A stretch of DNA of 64,000 nucleotides from Azolla caroliniana (taxonomy: Eukaryota; Plantae; Polypodiophyta). Below the pieces are notes generated by a model, which was given only the letters and a program-made list of their open reading frames with translations, was not told the DNA's origin and made no database searches. This document shows, piece after piece, positions 47,228-60,559 of this stretch. The DNA lies in NCBI GenBank assembly GCA_043228905.1, contig JBHGNT010000022.1, forward strand, positions 8,184,001-8,248,000, read 5' to 3'. The translations under genes were made by a program, and so were the position numbers. Every line of letters starts with the position of its first letter. Within the stretch, counting starts at the first letter, position 1.

Positions 47228-48035
47228 TAGGCTCCTCAGAAGATGTGTGGTTCGAGGAGTTGGGCTCTTCAGACAATGTGCGGTTCGAGGAGGTGGGCTC
47301 CGCGGACAATGTGTGGGTCGAGGAGGTGGGCTCCATGGACCTGTGCGGTTCGAGGAGTTAGGCTCCTCGAATAATGTGTTTTATTTAATATTTTCCTTCA
47401 ATTCCTGTTGTTTAATTTATTTGTATTTTATTTACTTTACTTTTTGTCAAACTGGTACATACAAATTAATCGAAATGTGATTTTCCCTTGTTTCCCCGTT
47501 TTTGGGAGGGAAGATATGAATGTCTGTTTTGAGGCGCTATCTATTTAATTATTATGTCCAATTATCCTACCTCCTCGAACAATGTGTGGTTCGAGGCGTT
47601 AGGCTCCTCAAACAATGTGTGGTTCAAGGAGTTTGGCTCCTCAAACGTGTGGGGTTCGAGGAGTTTGGCTCCTCGAACAATGTGTGGGTCGAGGAGTTTG
47701 GCTCCTCGACGTGTGTGGCTCGAGGCGTTAGGCTCCTCAAACAATGTGTGGTTCAAGGAGTTTGGCTCCTCGAACGTGTGTGGTTTGAGGAGTTTGGCTA
47801 CTCGAACAATGTGTGGTTCGAGGAGTTTGGCTCCTCAACGTGTGTGGTTCGAGGAGTTAGTGCTCCTCGAACAATGTGTGGTTCGAGGAGTTGGGCTCCT
47901 CGCACGTGTGTGGTTCGAGGAGTTGGGCTCCTCGCACGTGTGTGGTTCAAGGAGTTAGGCTCCTCGAACAATTTGTGGTTCGAGGAGTTAGGCTCCTCGC
48001 ACATGTGTGGTTCGAGGAGTTGGGCTCCTCGAACA
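47228..48035. repeat. Palindromic minisatellite of about 31-33 bp (blocks 47228-47378 and 47569-48035)
   Basis: Unit AATGTGTGG-TTCGAGGAG-TTRGG-CTCCTCGAA-C, with a 9-bp stem in each unit. Confidence 0.92.
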
Positions 48036-48429
48036 CCGTGGAACGCGAAATGACGAGGCGGAGTGTTCTGTTAACGGCCAACGACGTGGGGGAGTGAAAA
48101 CGACGGGGTTGCCATCATGGCCGCCTCGGGGGGAACGAAAAACAACGAGACTGTGTGGCCTCATTAATGGGCAGCGCCATGAGGAGGGTAGGCAGCGATG
48201 TGGTGGCGGCTATGGCCACCACGGGGGGGAATGGAAAATGATGTGGTTGTGTGGCCCGTGATGGGCAGATGACAGGAGGAGGGGGGGTATTGACGTGGCA
48301 GCGGCTATGGCCGCCACGGCGGGGGGAAATGAAAACGACGAGGTTGTGTGGCCTATGATGGGTTGGTGACAGGAAGAGGGGAGGCAGCAATGTTGCGGCG
48401 GCCATAGCCGTCGTAGAGGAGCGAAGTGT

Positions 48430-48685
48430 AGGTGAGGAAGAAGAAGAAAGAAGAAGAAGAAGAAGGAAAAAATAAAAACTAAAACGTAAAAAATAACTAA
48501 ATAATAATAAATAATAATAAATAATAATAATAATAATAATAGAAAATAAAATAATAAAAATCATAAAGAATAAAAAATAACAAAAAATAAATAGAAATAA
48601 TAATAATAATAATAGACATTAAAAATAAGAAAATAAATAAATAAATAAATAAATAAATAAAAATATTAAAAATAAAAAATAAACC
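48430..48685. repeat. A-rich low-complexity tract (GAA/TAA/TAAA)
   Basis: Direct inspection. Confidence 0.85.
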
Positions 48686-49084
48686 ATGGCAACGAGGGGA
48701 CAACTGAAGGGAATGTGAGGCCGTGAGGGCAAGGAGTAATCGACGAAAAAGATTCGGATACCGACGATAATTAAGAAACTGCGAGGTGGCTAAGGTTGGC
48801 ATACAGGTGGGAGGGCTGAACGAGGACCCACGGGGGATGTGGTGAGGGATTGGGGAAATTAAGAGCTTTTGGGAAACCTTGAGGGAGCGAATGTGGGGGG
48901 AGTGTCACTCGGGTATCGTGTGAGGTTCCAGGCTTGTGACGTTTAAGGACCCAGACTTGCGGCATGTTTGTTAACAGGATGGGGAGGATTTGTGAAGCCT
49001 TTCTATGGGGTGTTCGGCCTCTCAGTTTTTTAGGCTTGTCGATTCCTATGGCTTTAACCTGGGCAAGATACTAGACTGATGTGT

Positions 49085-49618
49085 GTGATTTTCAGGTGTC
49101 CCATGCGGGCATAGTATGATCAGGACCAGGGAGTCGGCTTCGTTTCGGGACCCAAAAGCTAGTGGCGCCTTTGTGCCAGCCTTGTGCGGTTGTGGTGTCC
49201 TTTTGACTCGCCAAATGGTAGGTTCTCCATAGCTGTGTGAACGCTCACCCATTCCTGTGGTTTGGGTGTTTGCATTCTGATGTTAGGGTCGCGCTGGTCT
49301 TGGATGGCCGGTGGGTGTTGGCATTCTGTTTGGTTGAGCGACTCCGCATCTTGGGGTTCATCGAGGTCCCATGCAGGGGTGGTCTGATCGCGAGCGGCGA
49401 GCCAGTTTCGTTTCGGGACCCAAAAGCTAGTGGTGCCAGTGTGCCAACCTTGTGCGGTTGTGAGTATTTTTCTAACTTGCCACACAACACGTTCTCCGTA
49501 GCGTGGGCCGTCAGCGAAAACTGCGTGGATGTTCACCCTTTCCAGTGGTTTGGGTGTCCGTGTTCTAATGTTAGTGTCGTGATGGTCATGGACGGCCAAT
49601 GGGTGTTGGTGTTCTGTT
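49085..49618. repeat. Diverged direct repeat of about 270-290 bp, x2
   Basis: TCGTTTCGGGACCCAAAAGCTAGTGG at about 49140 and 49408, with flanking homology. Confidence 0.8.
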
Positions 49619-50919
49619 TGTTAGGAATAGTACTAAATAGAGATAGGATTAGTACTAAACAGAGAGAGAATTAGTACTAGAGAAGGGAAGTACTATTAGA
49701 ACTAAGGGGACGGGATTGCGTAAGACTCCCGAGAGAGGAAGAGAGAAGCGGAGAGAGAGAGAGATAGCGAGGACGAGAGATGATGATAACAGATTATATA
49801 TTATAAGAAGAGTAAGTACAAAAAGGGCTATGAGGCTAAAGACTGGCGTTGAACCAATTTGGTTCAACATAATGCCTAGTACCCTCTTTTATAGTGTTCT
49901 CAGGAGTAATCTTGAAGCTTCTAGAATGTTCCAGAGAAATCTGGAATATACATTGATTTCCTATAATAAAATGTAAATGAAAATAATATCCTACGTATTA
50001 CAATAGATGAAATAATGGTCAAGAGCTCGACCCATATAACTTAAGGGCATGGGTTCGAGTCTTGCCATATCATGACACTATCCCCCCTTTAAAACGACGA
50101 GTGTCACGAGTCGTTTTGGATGGAGGACCCGGTTTGTGTGGATATTGCCGATGGAAGTCTTCAAGAAGCGCACAAGCATTGGTCAAATTCTCGATCGGTT
50201 CCCAATTACGTTCGCTGGGACTATAGCCTAGCCAATCAGCTAGATAGTAGAGCTTGTTGTGAACAATCTTGGAATCAAGGATGGCAGCAACCTCATACTC
50301 CGGTCCATCTTCAAGCTCGATCGGGGGTGGAGGTTGTATAATACGCCCTGGGATGGTGCTCTCATGATAGGGTTCGAGGAGAGAACTATGAAACACCGGA
50401 TGTATCCGAAGTTGAGGACGTAGATCGAGACAAAAAGCGACATCATTAATCTTCCCGCTAATACGGAAAGGACCTAATCGCCGATAATCCAACTTCTCAC
50501 ATGGGCGAGTAGTCTTGATGTGTCGTCGTAGCAGCCACATCCGATCTCCAATGTTAAAACTAGATGGAAGCCGATGACGATCTGCGTAGACCTTGTGTGT
50601 TTGTTGAGCTTGCTGGAGATGAGTAGATAAATCTGCTTGTATCTTGCGTAACTGCTCTAAACGATCCTCCGCACAAGGATTTGTGGACACCTCTGGGGTT
50701 TCAAGTACACTCCACCGAGGGTGACATCCCGTATAAGCATAAAATGGCGAAACTTTAGTCGATGCGTGGATACAGTTATTATAGGAAAATTCGGCGAAGT
50801 GGAGAATATCTACCCAGTTATCCTGATGATACCTGAGAAAGCACCGCAGATATTGCTCCAACGTTTGATTTGTTCGTTCGGCTTGGCCGTCGGTTTGTGG
50901 GTGGTAGCCGGATGAGAGG

Positions 50920-51646
50920 TGTGAAAGTGTTTTTAGAATCTAAGCCATTGAACATTAGGAGAATATAAAGTATAGATAATTCACCTTTTGAGGATAAGAA
51001 CACGAACTAAGACCTTAGGGAAGAAGTCAAAAGTAAAAGTACGAGACCAAGAGAAAAGTAAAAAGAGAAAACGCAGACTATAAAAAACAGTAAAAATAGA
51101 ATGGTCATAACTCCCTCGTTGTTTATCCAAATATCACGTTTAAATATGGTTTAGAAAGCTTGTAAAAAGAGCTTTCTATAGCTTTTTAAATCGCTTAATT
51201 TGGATATCGGATGAGGGAGATATGACGATTAGAAGGTTGATGTGTCATAGCTAAAAATAGGGAGATAAAAAGCTTCTAAAAATAGCATGAACGTGGATAA
51301 GAAGAGGAAGGTTATAAAAGAAGAAGTAATATTAGTGAGAAGGGGGGGAAGAGTAAAGGAAAAGAGTGGATGAGGAGTGTTAGGAAGAAGTGTCTTAGAA
51401 GAGGAAGGTCTTTGGTTTTAGTTCAATGTGGAGTTTGTCTCCTTTGTATTCTCTTGATGTTGGAATATCAGAACATTCTTATTTCTTGCTCGCTTTCTCT
51501 ATCTTTTTTCTTAGTTTCTTGAGTTATACTCTCTAATCATAATTACCTAGAGCTATATAATATATTATGATTTTCAACTCCATCTAATCGGTTTGGTCAA
51601 GCCCTCATATAGTGTATAACTATCTATTATCTTATACACCCTATCA
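50920..51646. mobile_element. Solo LTR, 5-bp TSD AGAGG
   Basis: TGTGA...TATCA; AGAGG at 50915-50919 and 51647-51651; interrupts the integrase. Confidence 0.9.
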
Positions 51647-53807
51647 AGAGGTTACAAGTGACCCTGAGCATTTTAAAAAGGTGCTTCCAGAATTTTGACA
51701 CGAACTGGGGTCCACGGTCGCTAATGATACTATCGGGAAGTCCATGATGCCGACATACTTCACGCATGACAATTTCAGCGGTGTCTTCACTGGAGATTTC
51801 CTTAGTACATGGCAAGAAATGAGCCATCTTCGTATATCGATCTACCACTATTAGAATCGCAGTGAACCCCTTAGAGACTGGAAGATCTATGATGAAGTCG
51901 AGAGCGATGGATTGTCATGGCTTGCTTGGAATTGGTAATGGTTCTAATAAACCATAGGGATGATGCCTTGGCATTTTCGCTCTGCAGTATGTATCACAAG
52001 TCCGAACAAAATCTTCGACAAATTGTCGCGTACGGGGCCATCAGAATGATCGTTGTACTAAATCTAATGTTTTAGTACTACCAAAATGCCCAGTTGTATA
52101 TGTGTCATGACAATTTTGTACTACTCGAAGGCGGCAAGAACCATTAGGAACATACAAAAGTTCTTTAAGGAAGAGTAATCCATCATGATATTTGAATTGT
52201 CAATAGTCCGTACCTGGTGGTTGTGACTGTGAACACGACGCTCGAGAGGGATCAATTTGTGCTAGTATTGCTTGGCCGAAAGCATCTGTCTTCAGGTCCA
52301 CACGTATGATATCGATAACGTGGGAATCCATTGGGCATGCCAAAAACCTGTGTTGCTTGCAGTCGTGCCGGTTCGAAGATTACTTGCTTTTGGTTATCGA
52401 AAGTCGGCTCGCCGTGACGCGGTGTTAGATACGAACGCCGTGATAATGCATCTGCCTTCCCTTGGTGCTTCCCCGGACGATATGTAATTTTGAAGTCGAA
52501 ATGCGTGAGGAAGTGGGCCCACCGAGCTTGACGTCGATTTAACACACGAGCATCTTGAAAGTAGGCAAGGTTTTTATGGTCACTGAATACGGTCACTTGA
52601 TGAGAGGATCCCTCTAAAAAATGCCTCCATTGCATAAACGAGTCCACTATTGCCAATAGCTCCTTATCATGAATTTCGTAATTGATTTCGGTGGCATCAA
52701 ACTTGCATGAGTGAAAAGCCACAGGATGAAGCTTCTCATCATGACCCCGTTGTGACAGAATGCTCCCCAATGCGAAATCCGATGCGTCAGCTTCGATAAT
52801 GAATGGTAGTTCCGGATCGACATTTGGAGCCGATGTAAATGCCTTTTTAAGACTCTCGAAAGCCATATCTGCTTCTTCAGACCAAACAAACGATTGTCCT
52901 TCCTGGTAAGCTGTGTGAGAGGCTGGACGAGCTTTGAGTAATCTTGTATAAACTTCCGGTGTCGCAAAAATACGACGAGGATACGTGAACGTTGAGGCAA
53001 GACCCTGGGGCCTTTGACTAGAGGATATCAAATTCGTGTATTTATGTACTAAGAATTAACCGAAATGAGAAAGATTAACAAATTTCATTAACAAGTAGAA
53101 AGAAAAATTACAATTAATCCCAAGATTGGGATTACAAAAGTTTTATCTTAAGGAGATTACTAGAATAATATATTAGAGGAAATAAGAGATTATGATTCTT
53201 GAGTGATATGGCTTTGATAAGGAATTTTGGATTTTGAGAGATTGCTTCCGTATGGAAATTATGGTTTACTTGAGAGATAGCTTCCGTAAGGAAGATTAGG
53301 GTTTTTGGCTTTGATAAGATTGTTACCGGCCGGCAAAGGAGTCCAGAGTGGGAAACGGAGAGCTAATTAAGTAGTAGGAATGTGGTTGTAATTAAGCTAT
53401 GAGTGTGGACGGACGAACCGGAAACGGTATGCTGTTCCGGATTCGGACCGATCCCGAACAGGTGCGGATGGCACCGTTTTGTAATACAGAACGGAAACCT
53501 ATTTAAAGGCCCGGATACAATGTAATAGTTAGCGGTTAATTAATGAAAGCTTAAGCGTTGTTATCTCTGTGTGTTAATTACCGTTCTATCTTAATTGTTA
53601 TATCTTACGCGTGTTATGAAAGACGATCCTAATAAGTAACTTAATTAAGTCGGATTAAGCGTTGAAGTCTAATCCGGTTGCCGTAACACCCTTTGGTGAA
53701 GTGTCTCTCATAGACACCCTGTGTTAGGCCATTGTCCGGCCCGAAGAGTTAACACAGTTTTTGGCAACCACGATTCCGGTTTTTGCAGCGAACGACGACA
53801 CGGATGG

Positions 53808-56647
53808 ATGTCTAGATCAACGCACGACCTGGTTACAGATCGAACTCGACGCCTTGCCGAAAGGCAAAGGAGACGCGAGGCTTTCCAGCAAGCGGCGCAG
53901 GAAATTAGAGCGGATCGCTCGTTTTCCAACGTAATCCGGAGAGTAGCGGAGGACTCCCTCTGGTTACAGCAAACATCGCACCCGGACGACGACAGCAGCC
54001 TAAGCAGCCTCCGGGAAACCGAATCCCTTCTCCACGCGTTGGCAGATGGAGAAGGCGAAGCAGAGGCCTTTTCAGCATATGAATCGGACTCCGAAGGGGA
54101 ATACAGCGTGCACACGAACTACCGTAGCAGCAACGAAACCCCGGGCGGACCGGAGGACGAAGGATCGAATACCTTACCGACACCGGAAGTGCTAATACTG
54201 GAACCCCCGGAACCAGCAGAGGAAGAACGACCTCCGACACCGGAAGTCGAAGAGGAGAGGCCTCCGTCACCAAAGGAAGAGAAACAACCGACACCGGAAT
54301 CAAATCGGGAAAGACCACCGACACCGGAGAAAATTCCGGAACGAGCACCAACACTACCAGCCCGCGCACCGATACCGGACGACGACATGCCGTTCCAGTA
54401 CTCCAAGTATAGAGATGATCCGGACGCGGAAGCTCATGTGCACGCCTTTGAACAGACATGGGAAGCCAACCATGTGTCCCAGCGATTGACACCGAAGGAA
54501 GAAGAACGCTCTAAGATAGCAGAGTTTGGCGTCACATTGGAGGGACCGGCAGCAAGATGGCGCCAGACGCAGGACCCGTCTACCATCAACACCTTTGTAG
54601 ATTTAAAAGCTAAATTCTTGCATTTTTTTCAAAAGGAGGAGGACCATTTTCAGCACCTCCGTCTTTGTCTAGAAAAGTGTAGAGCGTACCGGCTAAGCTT
54701 GAATCCGGCAAAGTGTGTATTTGGCGTGTCCAGTGGAACTTTATTAGGACATATCGTGAGCCAAGAAGGTATTGCAGTCGACTCGGACAAAGTGAAAGCC
54801 ATATTAGAAGCACCAGCGCCGGCAACGGCAAAGACATTAAGCCGGTTCTTAGGCCAGATCCGGTGGCACAGCCGGATGCTCTAATACTTGGCCGACCTGG
54901 CTACACCGTTGCATGCCGCCGTACATCGGACACCATTCCAGTGGACTGACACTGAGGATAGGGCGTATAAGGCCCTCAAGGTACTATTGTCGCAGGCACC
55001 GGTAGTACAACCTCCGGATTGGAGTAAAGAATTTCACGTGTTCGTGGACGCCTCCGACATCGCAATCGGAAACGTACTGATGCAGCTTACGGAACCAAAG
55101 TGGTACCGGCCAGTGTACTATGTCAGCCGGAAGCTATCCCAAGCAGAAAGGAACTACTCTACTACGGAACGGGAAGCTCTAGGAATGATCTACAGTGTGA
55201 CAAAGTTTCGGCACTATTTATTGGGAAGGAAGTTTTCCTTCCATGTAGATCATTCGGCAATCCTTTACCTGGTGTCCAAGGCGTCACTCACCGGCAAATT
55301 GGCCCGGTGGACCTTATTGTTACAGGAGTTCGAGTTTAAAATATTCCACCGACCCGGTATACAGCATGCCGTAGCGGATTACTTAAGCCGATTGGAGTCC
55401 GGAGAGACAGGTGAAGGAGTACCGGATGAGTTTCCGGATGCGGAGCTGTTTCGAGTCACTACGGAAACGGCAGCAGATGAGACAGTGGCCCAGGAAGACA
55501 AGTGGCTCACAAATATGCACCAATTTCTGAGCACAGGACCGCCTCCGGAAGAGCTGAACCGGGACGAACGGAAACGCCTGGCGGTGCAAAGCCGACATTT
55601 CTGTTTACTGCAAGACACACTGTACCACAAGGGCGTGGATGGCATATGGAGACGGGCGGTGCGCAGCGATGAAAAGGAACTGATACTGAGGGAAGCCCAC
55701 TGCGGAGTTGCCGGAGGTCACTATGCCGGAGATGCGACGGCCAGAAAAATATGGCAAAGTGGCCTATGGTGGCCAACGACATTAAGAGATGCGGTACGGT
55801 ACGCAAAAGAATGTGACCTGTGCCAGAGAATGGGCCAACCAACGGAGCAGGCTCGTATGCCACACCAGCCGGTACTACCACTCGAGCCATTCCAAAAGTG
55901 GGTGCTGGACTTTGTAGGACCTTTCAAGTAGTGGAAAGCCTAACGACCTTCTATGCCGTGGTCCACAAACGAAGCACACCTTACTATCCACAGGCGAACA
56001 GATTAGCGGAATCAACAAACAAGACGCTCCAGAATATCCTTCGGAAGATCGTCAACGAGAACCGGATGGATTGGGACACAAAGCTACATAGCGCGCTTTG
56101 GGCATACCGGACGGCATACAAAACGAGCATTTGAACAACACTGTTCCGGTTGGCGTTCGGACTCAAGGCGGTCATGCCGGTAGAATTCCAAGTACCTAGC
56201 TTACGGATCCGGCTACGAGAACGGCTGAATGAGAAGGAGTCGGAGACAATAAGGTTGACAACGCTGTGTGAGCTCGAGGAACAACGGTTGGCCAGCATCC
56301 TACATTTAGAATTGCAGCAACGGCGACGGAAAGCATTCGTCGACCGGCACAGGAAAGGTAACGAAAAAATGTTCGCAATCGGCAAACCGGTGTTAGTATT
56401 CCAAACCCGGATGGGCAAGATGCCGGGTAAACTAAGGTTTCGATGGACCGGACCGTATTGGCTAACACGGGAGTATAATGGGTCCTACCAGTTAGGGACA
56501 CTTGCCGGCGAAGTGCTAGGCAAATGGGTCAACGGATTCCGGTTAAAGGCATATAGAGGATCGATGCCTAAGAACCCGTTTGAGCAAAGGACCGACGGCA
56601 ACCACCAAGACGGCAGAGACGGCAAGCCGGGAACCGGAGAGAATTAG
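53808..56647 (+). pseudogene. gag-pol: X2 gag-pol with a deletion of about 2.7 kb (gag C-terminus, PR, RT core) and an integrase core deletion
   Basis: Junctions KFLHFF|QKEEDHFQHLRLCLEKC (about 54630) and GPF|VVESLT (about 55925) relative to X1. Confidence 0.92.
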
Positions 56648-56858
56648 GCCGGTAAGGGTCCGAGAGGACCAACGAACAAGTGACGTCACACTAATAATAA
56701 TAATAACGAAAAAAAAAAAAAAACAATCATGCAAAAGCGAGGAATGAATGGATGAAAGAGCGAGGAGCGAAAAGGTACGTAGTGGGCATTTAAAGCGCCA
56801 CCACAGGACATAATGCTATTTTAAGTACGCGACATGCACACACGAAAAAGGCGCCAGA

Positions 56859-59731
56859 ATGCACAGACAAAAACCACTGCGCGTAGATACTCTCTACTTT
56901 CGCGAACCCAGGAGCACAGAAGCACCAAGACGCTGCAAGATCATCAGACGAGAACCTGCGCACAGAGAACCCCCGCCTTCTGAACTCTCTCTGTCTCAAC
57001 CTCGCTCTCCTCACCCTCCAACCTCGCCACCGCCATCCGACCTCGACACAGACATGGACCCACAGACGCTATCGGAAGCCGCCAAGACATGGCTGAAGCA
57101 ACACGGGCTCGAGGGCTTCTTGATGATGATGGAAGTACCGCCACACAAAGAAGCCGACAAAGTGATCAAGGAAATCGATACAGAGGTCATAACGGCAGAG
57201 GCGATTCGAGCGTTAACAGGCCTTCCGGAGGGAGGCATACTCACGATCGACAATCCAACCCCGGAGCAACTCATCAGGTATTTTGGTGAGTACTCTCTAG
57301 CCAGCAAGGGCTACCGGACACAGGGCGGCGGAGATATGTTGTTCCGCGAATTTGCTCGTGTGCTCCAGGAATACGGCCACGTGTACCCTAGACCCCCTGT
57401 CATGCCGCAGAACCGGGCAGGGATGATCATCGCCACCTATGAAGGGATCAAGGTGGATTGGCCGGTATTGATCGCAGACGGGTTGTGTGCGGCGATCGAG
57501 ATCGTTAGAGGCAAAGACGGCAAAGAAGGCCGAGACAGACGAAGGATATGACACGCTGTAACGCAGTGGCTCACCTTGCTGGTGCCACCCGTTCATACCG
57601 TCCAGCCCAAGAAGCGAGGAAGAGTGCCGGATGGCACCCCAAGGACGGCTTCCAAACGACAACAGTTGTTGGCCTCTAAGGCCACTAAGGGAAAGGCGGC
57701 GGATGCAGAACAGGCGGTAGTAGGAAGCGGCAGCCGGAAGCGCCCAACGGAGGCGCATGAGGAACCACTGGCACGGCCTGTAAAGGTCACACTCCGCTGA
57801 CCGGTGAATCGAGAAACGGACCCCTTGGCGGCAAAACTCAATGTCGGAGCTCAGGAGGAGGAAATAGAGGAGGAGCCTATGGAGCACCTCCAACGACGAT
57901 CGTCGGCAAGGACCGTTGAGACAGCCGGGAAATGTTCGGACCCTCAGACGGAGGGAACACCGGCTCCCCATACTAAGACTCCCACGCCAAGGAAGGAACC
58001 GGAACCGGTGCAGATGGCACCGGAAACAGAAGCCCCGGCTCCACCGGCAACACCGGCAAGTCCCATCCCGCCAGAGCCGGAAAGGTCACTGCAGCCTCCC
58101 TCGGTCAGCCAAGAAGAAGCGCAAGGGGAACCAGGCCAGCAGGATGGTCCACGGGCAGAAACGGAACTGCAACTCGGTGCGACCAAGCGGGACCACCCCT
58201 CTACAAGTGAGCCCATCTGTCAAACCTCCGTGCAAGCACAACAAGGCACCGGTAGCCTGTGGCTCCAGTGGATAGGTGAACAGATAGCCGGAGCAGTGGG
58301 GTATATTGAGGCGGAAGAAAGAGCGCAAAGCGAACGGTTGCTCGTCACAACCGAACAACTAGAGACGGCCCGGTCCAGAATCCGGTGCCTTGAAAATACG
58401 ACAGAGATGGCCAAAATACGGATCCAATCACCGGTGACTCCGGTAAGTGTACAGAATAAAGAAACGGAACGACCTGTACATAGCAATAAGACCCCGGCAA
58501 CGGAAACCGTTCCGGCGAGAGATGCGGCGCAAGCTCAAGAGCTTGCGGAATTGAGAGAGGAACTTGCCGCACAAGAAGCGCTAAGGAGGCGTGAACGAGA
58601 ATTGAAGACGGGGGCCGAAGCCGAATTAAAGAAGATTGCTGAGAACCTCCGCCGGGCAGAGGAGAGCCTCCGGAAAGGCCATCAAGCGTACGACCGGCTA
58701 AAGGAGGAGAAAGACAAAGTGTTGCAAGAAAAGGACAAGCTGCGGAAAACGGCGGAAACAGAGATTGAACGGCTAAAGGAAGAGCTCCGCCAGCAGAAGG
58801 ACCGCGAGGACCGGGCCCGTCCTCAGATCAACGCACGACTCAAGCAAAAGACGGATGATTTTGAGCACCTGCACCGGGACTACAAACGGCTGGAAACGGA
58901 GCATAAAGAACGGATGGCCGAGCTCCAACAGGCAGTTGATCGGGCCGCGACGGCAATTGCCGACGAACGGGCAGAAAATACAAGACGCTTGGACGAGGCG
59001 GAGAAGGTCCGGATGGAGCTCTAGAGGCAGCAGCAGGAAGACAAAGAGAGAGCGTCAACAGTATTGCAGAAATTACAAAGCACATATCAAAGGCAATTGA
59101 CGCATTACAAGGCGCAAGCGGAAGACAACGTCAAAATCATCAAACAACTGAAGGAGGAACGGCAAGCGGCGGAAACCAAATCGCAATTAGGAAGGAGCCG
59201 GACTCAGTCCATCCTCCGGGCATGGCTGAATCAGACAAAACACTTGATTGATGAAAGCTCCGTAAAATGGACAAAGTGGGCACAAAACGCGGCGGAAGTC
59301 CAGTTGCTACGGGCGGATGTGGCAAACCGGCGGAAGGAAGGAGATGATTGTTATACGTTGACTTCTGAGGACTTCACTGCCATACGGGACAAGCTAGCCG
59401 ACGACTTCCAAGTCCTGGCAGATGAACAGCTGGCGCAGGTCAGGCAGCTCGTATCCCAGTTGGACGATGATAGGTTGGACGCTCAAATGCAGTTTGAAAG
59501 CTACGAGCAATGAGGAACCGTCGCCGGCTGAGGGCCAGCCGGAGACCACTACGACGCAGGGAGCAACGACGGAGACGCCGGTGTCAGAGCCACAAACGGA
59601 GGAGCAGCCGCACCAACCACCAACAGACACGCCGCAACAGACAGCAACAGCAACAACAACAACAACCACTTCCAGATGAACCATTGGAGCCTCTCGAACA
59701 AAGCATTCTGGATATTTTGGACGAAGAATAG
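56859..59731 (+). pseudogene. X2 extra ORF3 (stops at 57549, 57798, 59022)
   Basis: Collinear homolog of 29156-32134. Confidence 0.88.
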
Positions 59732-60559
59732 CAAGGGTCGGTTGTGGATTCGATGTACAAGGTACTGTCCCACGGGCGTGCCATGTGTTACCAGCCAGCA
59801 AAGGAGTCCAGAGTGGGAAACGGAGAGCTAATTAAGTAGTAGGAATGTGGTTGTAATTAAGCTATGAGTGTGGACGGACGGACCGGAAACGGTATGCCGT
59901 TCCGGATCCGGACCGATCCCGAACAGGTGCGGATGGCACCGTTTTGTAATACAGACCGGAAACCTATTTAAAGGCCCGGATACAATGTAATAGTTAGCGG
60001 TTAATTAATGAAAGCTTAAGCGTTGTTATCTCTCTGTGTTAATTGCCGTTCTGTCTTAATTGTTATATCTTACGCGTGTTATGAAAGACGATCCTAATAA
60101 GTAACTTAATTAAGTCGAATTAAGCGTTGAAGTCTAATCCGGTTGCCGTAACACCCTTTGGTGAAGTGTCTCCCGTAGACACCCTGTGTTAGGCTATTGT
60201 CCGGCCCGAAGAGTTAACAAAGATAAGAGAGCTCCCAAAGAAAAGGAAAAAACTTAAGATAATATGGAGAGTATGAGTGTAAGAAGAAAAATGGAATATA
60301 TATAGAGTTCTCCCTTGATCATAGCCTTTCCACTTTTTGTTGCATGGCCTCTACTTTTAGTTGCCTAGCTTTTTCTTTTAGTTGCATCTATTTTTAGTTG
60401 CATGCCTTTTTCTTTTAGTTGCATGTGACCGTCCACATGACCTTTACTTTTTGCATGCACTCCAACTTTAGTTGCTTGCGTCCACATCTCCTTTACTTTA
60501 GTTCTCTTCACTTTACTTTAGTTTGTTGCATGATCCAATCTTTCGTCCGTCCGCGTCCA

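Larger units (their letters stand above)
16370..47230 (-). pseudogene. Long degenerate extra ORF of the host element: PMD-like N-terminus, Pro/Thr-rich linker, coiled coil
   Basis: Minus-strand LPELVNCFLTRYNPD..FTAADVCATLHLPLDGAP..PVQWAHELVRRV (47230-46780); coiled-coil-like LTSEITTLKAEHDAM..LEKDILQLRMSKAALE (about 18600-18800); split by insertions and G-run frameshifts. Confidence 0.5.
15732..49618 (-). mobile_element. Host LTR element, 3' part (own sequence: 15732-19373, 34630-34834, 46358-49618)
   Basis: The G-rich segments rejoin when the TSD-bounded Copia and chromovirus copy 2 are removed; ends in PPT plus LTR; gag-pol not in the window. Confidence 0.62.
53321..60219 (+). mobile_element. 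Gypsy X2, internally deleted relative of X1, TSD AAGAT
   Basis: 434-bp LTRs at 53321-53754 and 59786-60219; TSD at 53316-53320 and 60220-60224. Confidence 0.95.

Noticed and set aside
47228-48035. CRISPR array
   Set aside because: The palindromic repeats are head-to-tail with no unique spacers, there are no cas genes, and the context is eukaryotic TE DNA.
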